Below are positions 9,236 to 16,955 of a DNA stretch of 32,000 nucleotides, piece after piece; the stretch's first letter is position 1, and each line of letters starts with the position of its first letter. The stretch covers positions 30,001-62,000 of the forward strand of contig JAUIDC010000001.1 of the NCBI GenBank assembly GCA_030429145.1, in the 5' to 3' direction. The position numbers and the translations under genes are program-made. This DNA is from Candidatus Saccharimonadota bacterium. Its GTDB lineage: Bacteria > Patescibacteriota > Gracilibacteria > Absconditabacterales > Absconditicoccaceae. A model generated the notes under the pieces. That model did no database searches. It saw only the letters and a program-made list of their open reading frames with translations, and had not been told where the DNA came from.

Positions 9236-9407
9236 ATACTTTATTGGTTTTTGATTGTTTACGTATTGATATAAGGCATTCTCTTAAGTGATATAGCCTG
9301 TTAATGAACCGTCGAACTATTATTCGACAACCAAATTATAACAAATAAATTGTATTTGTCAATGTTTGTGAAGAACGAATAGGTTCCCATTAGAACTCTA
9401 TTTTTTA

Positions 9408-9435
9408 TTGACTTATATGCTTAAGTTGTTATAAT
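9408..9435 (+). promoter_or_regulatory. sigma70-like promoter for the 9456 gene
   Basis: TTGACT (9408-9413), 16-nt spacer, TATAAT (9430-9435). Confidence 0.5.
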
Positions 9436-9455
9436 TAATTTCTAAAACAAATATT

Positions 9456-9797
9456 ATGAAAATTAAGAAAATACTATTATGGGCAATGGTACATGGAGAC
9501 TACCATCCCCTACAAACTGAAAAAGAAAAGCAAATAAACGCTTACATGCCGCTCATTAGCGCGCTTTTCCCAGGAATAGACTATTATTCCATATCTGGAT
9601 TCAGTCAAGTACAGCAAGACTATCTGGTCCCAACCTTAAAGAAGCTATTCCCAGAGCTCATCGAAATGTCTGCTGATGATGTCTCTGCTACCGAAAAGGT
9701 AGAAATCAAAGAGCCTTTTCTACCATGTAAGGGTTATGAACACCAGGATGATCCTAAATGGAAAGAAAGACTTGATGAGCTTTTAGAAGCTGCTTAA
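9456..9797 (+). CDS. hypothetical protein, 113 aa
   Basis: Uninterrupted ORF ending in TAA, with its own promoter and terminator. No domain recognised. Confidence 0.55.
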   Translation: MKIKKILLWAMVHGDYHPLQTEKEKQINAYMPLISALFPGIDYYSISGFSQVQQDYLVPTLKKLFPELIEMSADDVSATEKVEIKEPFLPCKGYEHQDDPKWKERLDELLEAA

Positions 9798-9820
9798 GGC
9801 AAAAGCATTAAAAAATTACC

Positions 9821-9851
9821 AAGGATATTCTGAATCAGGGTATCCTTTTTT
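9821..9851 (+). terminator. intrinsic terminator
   Basis: AAGGATA - 13-nt loop - TATCCTT, followed by TTTT. Confidence 0.55.
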
Positions 9852-9856
9852 CAAAT

Positions 9857-10102
9857 ATCAAAAAAATAACCACCCGAAAGCGATTATTTTTGGAGCTCTT
9901 ACTCCGCGTCAATTCGAACAAATTTACAAAAGCATACTTTCCATGCCTCTTCACCATTCAAGGCAACTTTTTAGGGTTTATGCAGAAATAGCTCCTAAAG
10001 GCAAAGATATTACTGATACTCTATCAAAGAAACAGCTTGTACTCTATGGACTTTCTGAAAATGAAGACTCCCCTTTCTCTATAAGGTAATGAGATTTGAA
10101 CA
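9857..10102 (+). repeat. copy R1 of a ~245 bp repeated module (hairpin + start-less conserved ORF + conserved 3' tail)
   Basis: Aligns with 11669..11913 and 12924..13174. Open frame ...FGALTPRQFEQIYKSILSMPLHHSRQLFRVYAEIAPKGKDITDTLSKKQLVLYGLSENEDSPFSIR*. No ATG/GTG/TTG upstream of the conserved region; the first ATG is at 9943; stop 10087-10089. Hairpin 9866-9887. Tail ...TAATGAGATTTGAACA. Confidence 0.8.
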
Positions 10103-10113
10103 ATAAGTATGTA

Positions 10114-10141
10114 TTGACAGATATGTATATTTTATTATAAT
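10114..10141 (+). promoter_or_regulatory. sigma70-like promoter for the 10176 gene
   Basis: TTGACA (10114-10119), 16-nt spacer, TATAAT (10136-10141). Confidence 0.55.
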
Positions 10142-10175
10142 ATATAAAGTATTTATACATTACCACTAATATCAC

Positions 10176-11594
10176 ATGTCTACTCCAAATAAACCTCATG
10201 ACAATCCTGAATCCCAGATAGTTGAAAATGATATTAAAGCTAAATTAAAGCAGTTTAGAGAAAAAGCACCAGGTAAAGAAGAAATTTTATATGATTTTGT
10301 AGATTTTCTTTCTGTGTATCCATATCTTAATGATGAATGTGTGCCAGGTGGTTTCTTAGTAGCTATGGCTTTAGCTATGCATGACCTTGCTGAAGGCAAA
10401 TCAAATGGTGAAGAGATTACACACCCAATTATGAACTATCCACATGAACAAGTGAGTACATTAATCAATGAAACACCTACTATTGCCGAAGTGTGTTTCA
10501 GTGAGGAGTTTGCTGAAGATGTAAAAACTTCTTTCGAGAATGTAAAAAAGCTTATGCTAGAAAAGCAGACAAATCAGAGATTACTAGCTGAGACTTTGGA
10601 AGGTGGTGGTGAACTCCTGCAACTTTTATGAGGAACAGGATTTGAAAGAATAAATGACGAAACTGAAGATACAACAGAAAGTATAACATTTTCTGAACAG
10701 GAGTATTTTGATACAGCTCATGAAATTGCAAAATATATCATTGATTTCATTGAAAACAACGAAAATATCCATACTTCATGAAATAATAACCTATCTGAAT
10801 CTCCAAACCCATTCTACAACCAGACGAAGAGTGGATTCTTTCTCGAATACTCGTATAGCACTCCGAGTAATTTATGGACTCCATGGGGAAAATGGAAATT
10901 AACAAGCAACTGAGTAGCTACAAGTGGGAAAGTTGACCTTTCCAAAATGCTTGAGGGACTCTGAGCTACATTATTCATAGAAGAAGGAAGCAATAAGATG
11001 GGAAGCTATGGACCAGTATATAAGCTTACACAGTTTAATGGTCAACCTTTGCCAAAACCTACAGAAAAGACAAAAGAAGAATATACACCATATAAGGACA
11101 TAAAGGAATCTTGGAAAAGCTTCGATGCTCTATATCTAGAAAGACAGATTGCAGAAGCAGCTAAAAATGCTCCAAAAGAAGCACCTATAGATACTTTCAA
11201 ACTTATTTCACTACTTGATGCTTATGAAAATGACTCTCTCTCTGAAGATGAGATTAAAGAAAGAGATGAGCTACTTACTGCAATTACTGTAAAAAATAGA
11301 CTAAGTTATGTCATGGGTTCGTGAAGAGATAAAGAGTTTGTACATATTTTACAGTATCCTACCAATGTGAGACATAAATCAGGGAACTCTAATGACCTCT
11401 GAAACGTAGAATACAATAAGGATGAAACAAAATTAACAGATACTGTTAATGTTGATAATGAAGAAATACAACTTATTGCTAGATATATTGGAATTTGTCT
11501 CCAGAAATATGGAAGTGCCTATGCTGGGGCAGGCAAAGACAATGATAGCAAATTATATGTACTCTATGAAGCAGATGACCTAATCAAGTTCTAA
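10176..11594 (+). CDS. hypothetical protein, 472 aa, no recognisable domain
   Basis: Track ORFs 10176..10631 and 10998..11324 share a frame. Reading by hand, the frame is open throughout with 6 TGA, ending TAA 11592-11594. Track ORF 10708..10902 is out of frame. Confidence 0.7.
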
Positions 11595-11616
11595 TTAATT
11601 TTCATTACTCATATTA

Positions 11617-11645
11617 AAAGGCAACCTCAAGGGGTTGCTTTTTTA
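11617..11645 (+). terminator. intrinsic terminator
   Basis: GCAACC-loop-GGTTGC (11621-11638), followed by TTTTTT. Confidence 0.65.
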
Positions 11646-11668
11646 AATACAGAGAATAATATTTGAGT

Positions 11669-11913
11669 ATCAAAAAACCGCACCCGAAAGCGCGATTTTA
11701 AGTTAGCTCCTAATGAGAGAAGTTTCGAACAAATCTATCAAAGTATAGTTGATATGCCGATTATACAAGTAAGGAAAATATTTTATGTGTATACAAACCT
11801 CTTTGGAACCGACAATAAAGTAATTAGCAACCTTACCGAAAGACAGTTGGTACTATATGGATTAGACGAATAGCGACTATACTCTTTTACTATAGCTCGA
11901 CGATATAGGAACA
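11669..11913 (+). repeat. copy R2 of the repeated module
   Basis: Frame ...LAPNERSFEQIYQSIVDMPIIQVRKIFYVYTNLFGTDNKVISNLTERQLVLYGLDE*. First ATG at 11754; TAG 11871-11873. Hairpin around 11675-11700. Tail ...CGATATAGGAACA. Confidence 0.8.
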
Positions 11914-11951
11914 TGTATTATATTCTGATATACATGGGGTTTATTATGATT

Positions 11952-12329
11952 CTATCAAATTCTTTTCATAATATCAATGAATGTTATATTTCCATCTTGT
12001 TTACCCTTTGCTAGAAAATTTTCTATTAATGCCTCTCTAAATTCAGGATTTAGTATTTTTTCTCTTAGTACAATATCATCAAATACTCTCAATGCATCCA
12101 TTGATTTTGTAATAAGATCATGATCATTATTTTCCATAGCTTGCTCTGAGGGAGCAATAATCGCACTAAGCAGTCAGTCATTACGAAAATGCGTAAATAC
12201 TATCTCAATTTCTTTTGCAGATCGAGAACTTACTTCTAGATACTTTCTTAAAAATTGTTCTTTTTCTTGGTCTGATTGTAATTTATCAAAAGCTCTAATT
12301 ACTTTTTCAGAATTTCCGTTCAAGAACAT
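11952..12329 (-). CDS. hypothetical protein, 125 aa
   Basis: Track ORF 11955..12137 extends upstream across TGA to ATG 12327-12329 (MFLNGNSEKVIRAFDKLQ...). Its terminal TGA (11955-11957) is followed immediately by TAG 11952-11954. Confidence 0.55.
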
Positions 12330-12446
12330 TGTAATATTATAAACAGTAAATTTTCTTCTTTAGATATTATATAATCACCTTCAATTAAATCAAGAAAAAA
12401 ACCCCGCCATAGGCTAAGGGATTACTGCTATTATAAGATCTACAAC

Positions 12447-12869
12447 CTACTCTTCATATGGTAGAAACCTCATAATATGTTCTTCTGTCTTAATTAAGAC
12501 CATCATTTTTTTCACTTTTTTCGCTTTGAGCTTTACGAACAAAGGTAATACCATCTTGGAATTGAAGTTGTTAGCAAGATGAGGATGTGGAGTTCCAAGG
12601 TCTTGCTCCACATAGCCAACTTCTAAGCCATTCAATTTATCACCCATGATATTCATAGCTAACATTACCATGAAGTGATCGTTATACCTTTCGTTCTCGC
12701 TTTCACCATAACGAAGGATTTCAATATCTATAGCAGCTATTTCATCGACATCATATGTGTCAACAAAATTAGAAAATGTTTTTCTCAAGTCTGCTATTAC
12801 GTCGAACAAAGCATTACCGCCTTGGTCCCAATCGCATGGTTCGATTAATATGTGTTTTATTTCAGCCAT
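12447..12869 (-). CDS. hypothetical protein, 140 aa
   Basis: Uninterrupted ORF ending in TAG, with the promoter below upstream. Confidence 0.55.
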   Translation of the reverse strand: MAEIKHILIEPCDWDQGGNALFDVIADLRKTFSNFVDTYDVDEIAAIDIEILRYGESENERYNDHFMVMLAMNIMGDKLNGLEVGYVEQDLGTPHPHLANNFNSKMVLPLFVKLKAKKVKKMMVLIKTEEHIMRFLPYEE

Positions 12870-12890
12870 AATCTATTTGTTTTAGGCACA

Positions 12891-12919
12891 TATTTTAATC
12901 AATTAAATGTATATGTCAA
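12891..12919 (-). promoter_or_regulatory. sigma70-like promoter for the 12869 gene
   Basis: On the minus strand: TTGACA (12914-12919), 16-17 nt spacer, TAAAAT (12891-12896). Confidence 0.5.
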
Positions 12920-12923
12920 TATA

Positions 12924-13174
12924 ATCAAAAACGAAAAAAGATTCCCCGTGAGGAATCTCTTTTGGAGCTGTGCTACCGCAGCAATTCGAACAAATATATA
13001 AAAGCATAAAGGGAATGCCAGTAGTTCAGACAAGGCAACTTTTTAAGGTTTATACCCAATATATACCTAATGGTAATAAAATCATAGACAAACTGTCTGA
13101 GAAACAGCTTGTTCTATACGGATTTAAGGACAAGTGGGACACATAATATACTATAGCCTAATGAGATATGAACA
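12924..13174 (+). repeat. copy R3 of the repeated module
   Basis: Frame ...FGAVLPQQFEQIYKSIKGMPVVQTRQLFKVYTQYIPNGNKIIDKLSEKQLVLYGFKDKWDT*. First ATG at 13015; TAA 13144-13146. Perfect 7-bp hairpin AGATTCC/GGAATCT at the left edge. Tail ...TAATGAGATATGAACA. Confidence 0.8.
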
Positions 13175-13190
13175 TATAGTTAGCATAGTT

Positions 13191-14216
13191 TTAATGTTCT
13201 GCCTCTATATTTTGTTTAATTTCTTGTAGACGATTATAAAGCTTTTCAAGTAATGGAAGCTTTTTATTTTGGTGCTTACATATTCTTATAATTTTGCCAA
13301 TGAAATGTTCTTCATCGCTATGAATATAATGTTGGTCTTTTGGTTTCTTATAATACTGATAGTATGTACTAGGATATTTATCTGCAAACTTATCTATTGC
13401 ATTCTCTATATCTTCCTTAATCTCATTAAGTTCCATATGAGCCAATTCATCTCAAGCTATATTGTTATTAAATTCTAATAGCTCATTATAGACTTCCTGT
13501 TGTGCATCTGCTCCATATTCATCTTTAAATGCTTCTAATGCCTTTTTTGTTGGTAATTTATAAAGAACAGATATTGTATTGATAAATGCGTTAATGTATC
13601 CCTTTTTTCTCTCTTCTTTTCTTAGTATTATACTATCCATTCATTCAAACCAGTGATTTTGATGAGGTCATTGATTTAATGCACTAGTTAATGTATTAAT
13701 AAGTTCTCTGTCACCAGTAATAGGTGATGGTTTTGCTAGTGCTATATCTACCTTATCTCAACCATTCGTCTTAAAAGAAAAGTAAGGAACGGCTTGAGTA
13801 GGATGAGCCGTATTCAATAATACTTGTTTTATCTTATCTCTTATGCCTATACCGTTTTGGAAAAAAACCATTTTATTAGCTTTGTCTTTTATAAGTTTTT
13901 CTGGCAGACACGTTTTTAATAGTTCTATATCTGTTGCTGTACAGCATATAAGCACTACATCAATATCATCATATGATATTGGTAGGTTAAAAGCATTAAA
14001 ACATTCTACATTATGTTTTAGAGAGTATTCATCTTTGTATTGTCTTCAATTTAGTGAACAAACATACACATTTTGACCTGACTCTGTTAATAATTGATGC
14101 CATCACTTTCATAAATCTCAAAATCCTATAATCACAAAATTATGTTTTTTAGAAGACATTACTTCTATACTCTCTTTTTTATTCTGTTCTTGTAGTTGTG
14201 GCTCTAAATATTTCAT
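13191..14216 (-). CDS. NAD(P)-binding oxidoreductase, ketopantoate reductase (PanE/ApbA)-like, 341 aa (or 322 aa from ATG 14159)
   Basis: Track ORFs 13191..13445, 13452..13640 and 13758..13955 share one frame, joined by about 8 TGA. Rossmann HNFVIIGF[G]DL[G]K[G]W; FFQNGIG matches the PanE HNG region; C-terminal RKKGYINAFINTISVLY and SDEEHFIGKII resemble the ApbA_C motifs. Confidence 0.6.
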
Positions 14217-14337
14217 ATATTTCTTAGGATAATAAGTCTTATATATATTATATGCCAAATTCAAATATAGTCAAATTATGACTTAATTTTTATATATAAC
14301 TAAAAATCGCTAGAACCTAGTAGGTACCAACGATTTT

Positions 14338-14414
14338 TGGAGCAGGCGACGAGACTCGAACTCGCAACCAACTGCTTGGAAGGCAGTGACTCTAGCCAAT
14401 TGAGTTACGCCTGC
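14338..14414 (-). tRNA. tRNA-Gly (anticodon UCC), CCA encoded
   Basis: Hand-folded cloverleaf, 77 nt: acceptor GCAGGCG/CGCCTGC, anticodon arm ACTGC-CTTCCAA-GCAGT, T arm GCGAG-TTCGAGT-CTCGT. Confidence 0.85.
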
Positions 14415-14439
14415 ATGACGTATATGTATCAATAATTAA

Positions 14440-14516
14440 TGGTGGGCCTAACTGGACTTGAACCAGTGACCCAGCGATTATGAGTCGCTTGCTCTAACCA
14501 ACTGAGCTATAGGCCC
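14440..14516 (-). tRNA. tRNA with CAU anticodon and an Ile-like body (probably tRNA-Ile2/lysidine; could be elongator Met), CCA encoded
   Basis: GGGCCTATAGCTCAGTTGGTTAGAGC...AGCGA-CTCATAA-TCGCT...TAGGCCCACCA, 77 nt. Confidence 0.8.
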
Positions 14517-14566
14517 TCAGTAGTAGCGAATGTAACCATTAACCATATGATTGCAATGGTATTAAG

Positions 14567-14643
14567 TGGTGGACGATACTGGACTCGAACCAGTAACCCC
14601 CTGCTTGTAAGGCAGATGCTCTCGCCAATTGAGCTAATCGTCC
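14567..14643 (-). tRNA. tRNA-Val (UAC), CCA encoded
   Basis: Anticodon arm TCTGC-CTTACAA-GCAGG, 77 nt cloverleaf. Confidence 0.85.
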
Positions 14644-14681
14644 ATCAAACATTTCAAAGATCATTTGTATAACCAACTGCA

Positions 14682-14756
14682 TGGCGGTCCCACGGGGAAT
14701 TGAACCCCGATTTATGGATTGAAAATCCACTGTCCTAACCATTAGACGATGAGACC
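14682..14756 (-). tRNA. tRNA-Glu (UUC), CCA encoded
   Basis: GGTCTCATCGTCTAATGGTTAGGAC-A-GTGGA-TTTTCAA-TCCAT..., a Glu-type D arm, 75 nt. Confidence 0.8.
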
Positions 14757-14757
14757 A

Positions 14758-14834
14758 TGGCGGAATCGACGGGGCTCGAACCCGCGACCTCCCGCGTGAC
14801 AGGCGGGCGTTCTAGCCAGCTGAACTACGACTCC
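14758..14834 (-). tRNA. tRNA-Asp (GUC), CCA encoded
   Basis: CCCGC-CTGTCAC-GCGGG anticodon arm, 77 nt. Only 1 nt separates it from tRNA-Glu. Confidence 0.85.
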
Positions 14835-14847
14835 ACATAAATTAACT

Positions 14848-14919
14848 AGCCGGCTGCTGGACTTGAACCTGCGACCCACCGCTTACAAGGCGGTTGCTCT
14901 ACCACTGAGCTAAGCCGGC
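14848..14919 (-). tRNA. tRNA-Thr (UGU), CCA not encoded
   Basis: ACCGC-CTTGTAA-GCGGT. Acceptor GCCGGCT/AGCCGGC. One A.A mismatch in the T stem. Confidence 0.75.
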
Positions 14920-14935
14920 ATAGAAGGGGTAATGG

Positions 14936-15205
14936 CTATTTACCCGCTGCTGTCTTATTGACTAGTTTTGTTAGTCTTGATTTCTTTCTCGCTGCATTGT
15001 TCTTGTGAACGATGTTCGCCTGTGCAGCTTTGTCAATAAACTTGTACGCTGTCGTAAGCATCTCTGTCGTGTCACCCTCACCCTTTGCAACTGCTTTTTT
15101 AAGTGTCTTAATAGCACCTTTCATAGCAAGTTTGTGCTGAAGGTTTACCGCTCTGAGCTTCTTTGATCTTCTGTCAGCTTTAGCAGCAGACTTTTTAATA
15201 GGCAT
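14936..15205 (-). CDS. rpsT: 30S ribosomal protein S20
   Basis: MPIKKSAAKADRRSKKLRAVNLQHK...IVHKNNAARKKSRLTKLV, a typical S20. Stop TAG. Confidence 0.9.
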   Translation of the reverse strand: MPIKKSAAKADRRSKKLRAVNLQHKLAMKGAIKTLKKAVAKGEGDTTEMLTTAYKFIDKAAQANIVHKNNAARKKSRLTKLVNKTAAGK

Positions 15206-15248
15206 GTAAATATATGAATTTAAGATTAAATTTACTTAATAATTTCTC

Positions 15249-15320
15249 CTCCGGGGGTCGGGTTCGAACCGACGGCCAATTGGTTAACAGCCAACTGCTC
15301 TACCACTGAGCTACCCCGGA
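15249..15320 (-). tRNA. tRNA-Asn (GUU), CCA not encoded
   Basis: GTTGG-CTGTTAA-CCAAT. Acceptor TCCGGGG/CCCCGGA. Confidence 0.85.
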
Positions 15321-15421
15321 ATAAAAAGAGTACGTGCTTTCACACGTGACCTTCATTGTATCAAATTGGTTCTCAATTTCAAGATTATTTATCGTCTAGC
15401 AGTCTTCTTCGCATTAATTTG

Positions 15422-15506
15422 TGGTACCAGGGACAGGACTTGAACCTGCACACCGTAAGGCACTGCGTTCTAAGCGCAGCGTGTCTACCAGTTCCACCAC
15501 CCTGGC
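15422..15506 (-). tRNA. tRNA-Leu (UAG), long variable arm, CCA encoded
   Basis: CTGCG-CTTAGAA-CGCAG, 13-nt variable arm, 85 nt. Confidence 0.85.
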
Positions 15507-15517
15507 TTCTGTATACT

Positions 15518-15590
15518 CTCGGGGACTAGGGATCGAACCTAGGACCTCCAGATTCAGAGTCTGGCGCTCTACCAGCTAAGCTATCCCCGA
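15518..15590 (-). tRNA. tRNA-Gln (CUG), CCA not encoded
   Basis: CCAGA-CTCTGAA-TCTGG. U1:A72 and G73 fit Gln identity. Confidence 0.7.
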
Positions 15591-15638
15591 ATGTTATTTG
15601 TATATAATGATGACTTCTCTGTAACATACGTATTTTTC

Positions 15639-15713
15639 TGGTTGCGGGGGATGGAATCGAACCACCGACCTCCAGGTTATGAGCCTGGCGAGCTACCTCT
15701 GCTCTACCCCGCA
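15639..15713 (-). tRNA. tRNA-Met (CAU) with an initiator-like body, CCA encoded
   Basis: TGCGGGGTAGAGCAGAGGTAGCTCG-CCAGG-CTCATAA-CCTGG...CCCCCGCAACCA closely resembles E. coli tRNA-fMet. Differences: a U1-A72 pair and only two G-C pairs at the loop-proximal end of the anticodon stem. Confidence 0.75.
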
Positions 15714-15738
15714 TCATAATCCGATGCATGAGGATACA

Positions 15739-15809
15739 CTGGGGAACTAGGATTCGAACCTAGATAGACGGAGTCAAAGTCCGTAGTCCTACCATTAGAC
15801 GATTCCCCA
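15739..15809 (-). tRNA. tRNA-Gln (UUG), CCA not encoded
   Basis: TGGGGAATCGTCTAATGGTAGGAC-T-ACGGA-CTTTGAC-TCCGT, a Gln-like body, 71 nt. Confidence 0.8.
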
Positions 15810-15883
15810 TTAAAAAAAACCCACAGCGTGTGTGGCCTCTTGTATACTGATTTGTCAATACAATGCAAGAGGAAAGTACAAGC

Positions 15884-16264
15884 CTACATATACTTCTCTA
15901 AGATAATCTCATGTTCCTTTCCATCATCAAAACACTCATCTTTTACACCCGCTATACAACATAATATCTGATCTTCATCCGTATCGATCAACGGCACAGA
16001 TACTTTTCCTATATCTATATCTTCCATACCCTTTTTTACTTTTGCCGCACAGGTAAAACATGCTCCTGCTTGACAAGAAACAGGAATTTGTACTCCGTGC
16101 TTTTCACCATTGTCAACGAGGCTTCCTGTCTTCTCTGCAGGAAAAGCAGAGATCACATCTCCTTGGTCATCAACAATTTTTATCATCACGTTATGTTGCT
16201 TTGTTCCTTCTTCCAGTACGCCATCCTGCGACGGAAGCAATGGATCATGTCATGTGTACGTCAT
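15884..16264 (-). CDS. 2Fe-2S ferredoxin (plant-type), 126 aa
   Basis: SCQAGACFTCAAKV (C-x4-C-x2-C) plus the downstream LCC. Track ORF (TTG artefact start) extended through one TGA to ATG 16262-16264 (MTYT[G]HDPLLPSQ...). Confidence 0.8.
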
Positions 16265-16356
16265 GCGTGAAAGTATAAGTATTTAGTGTTTTTTTTCAAC
16301 AGACAGACACAATGTTTTATCTTGCATGCATACACGAAAAACATACAAATAACTTT

Positions 16357-16899
16357 ATGAAAAATCGCGAATCATTCACACTCATAGAGATGTTGATAGT
16401 GATAGTCATTATCGGTATTTTGGCAGCTGCTCTTGTCCCGAGATTGACATCAGTGCAGTCAAGAGCAAGAGACACAAAACGTAAAACAGATTTCAGAAAT
16501 ATATACAATGCTGAAACTATTTTCAAATTAGACAATGGTAGATATGCGCAGACATGAGCTGCTATCTTCTATAGTTATAATGTCTCAACTTGGTTAGCCG
16601 AGCTCTCTGGAGTCATGAGTAGCATCCCTGTAGATCCGATCAACAATACAACAAACAATAGAACTACTGGCGGTTACAATTACTACTATTCGAACTATGA
16701 TGGCGTGGGCGTTGCAACGAGTTATCAACTCAATACACAACTCGAGAATACAAAAGATCCAGATAGATGTGAAATCAAGGAATATCTCTATCCTCACTCA
16801 AGTTATGTGAACGGGCTACCACGATGTCCGCAAGTTGCTCTACCTGCCACAAGATATCAGTATCTCTTTGATCCGCTCAATCTGAGTAAACATCAATAG
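16357..16899 (+). CDS. type IV pilin-like protein, paralog 4, 180 aa
   Basis: MKNRES|FTLIEMLIVIVIIGILAAALVPRL. Track ORFs 16312..16557 and 16615..16899 share a frame across TGA 16555-16557. IPVDPINN and TQLENTKDPDRC. An upstream ATG at 16312 is possible but gives an atypically long leader. Confidence 0.85.
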
Positions 16900-16900
16900 C

Positions 16901-16928
16901 AAAAAGATGCCATACGGCATCTTTTTCT
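16901..16928. terminator. bidirectional intrinsic terminator
   Basis: AAAAAGATGCC-ATAC-GGCATCTTTTT. Confidence 0.75.
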
Positions 16929-16955
16929 TATGGCTTTATAGTAACTTTTAGAAGC

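Noticed and set aside
9373-9386. GAAC-GAATAG-GTTC inverted repeat in the lipoprotein/9456 intergenic region, as a possible second SOS box. Also a 1-mismatch GAATATTTGTTC inside the VTC gene (~23644-23655).
   Set aside because: The spacer is 6 nt, not 4, and the flanks do not match the TAGAAC/GTTCTA arms of the lexA operator. The second site is intragenic and has a mismatch in the core.
9888-9925. R1 and R3 begin with TTTTGGAGC ... TTCGAAC, preceded by a hairpin. This resembles the 3' end of tRNA-Gly plus its terminator at 14300-14365 (CGATTTTTGGAGC...CTCGAAC), suggesting displaced tRNA 3' fragments (att scars).
   Set aside because: The spacing between TGGAGC and TCGAAC is 17 nt in the repeats and 12 nt in the tRNA. 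No T-stem or acceptor complementarity can be drawn. TTCGAACAA is also in frame as the conserved F-E-Q of the repeat ORF. It was kept only as a remark; the att-scar idea needs genome-wide data.
14719-14725. The tRNA-Glu anticodon region TTTTCAA contains TCA, so it could be misread as the UGA-decoding tRNA(UCA).
   Set aside because: With the canonical 5-bp stem (GTGGA/TCCAT) and a 7-nt loop, positions 34-36 are UUC. The body is a typical Glu tRNA. The alternative register would require a non-complementary stem.
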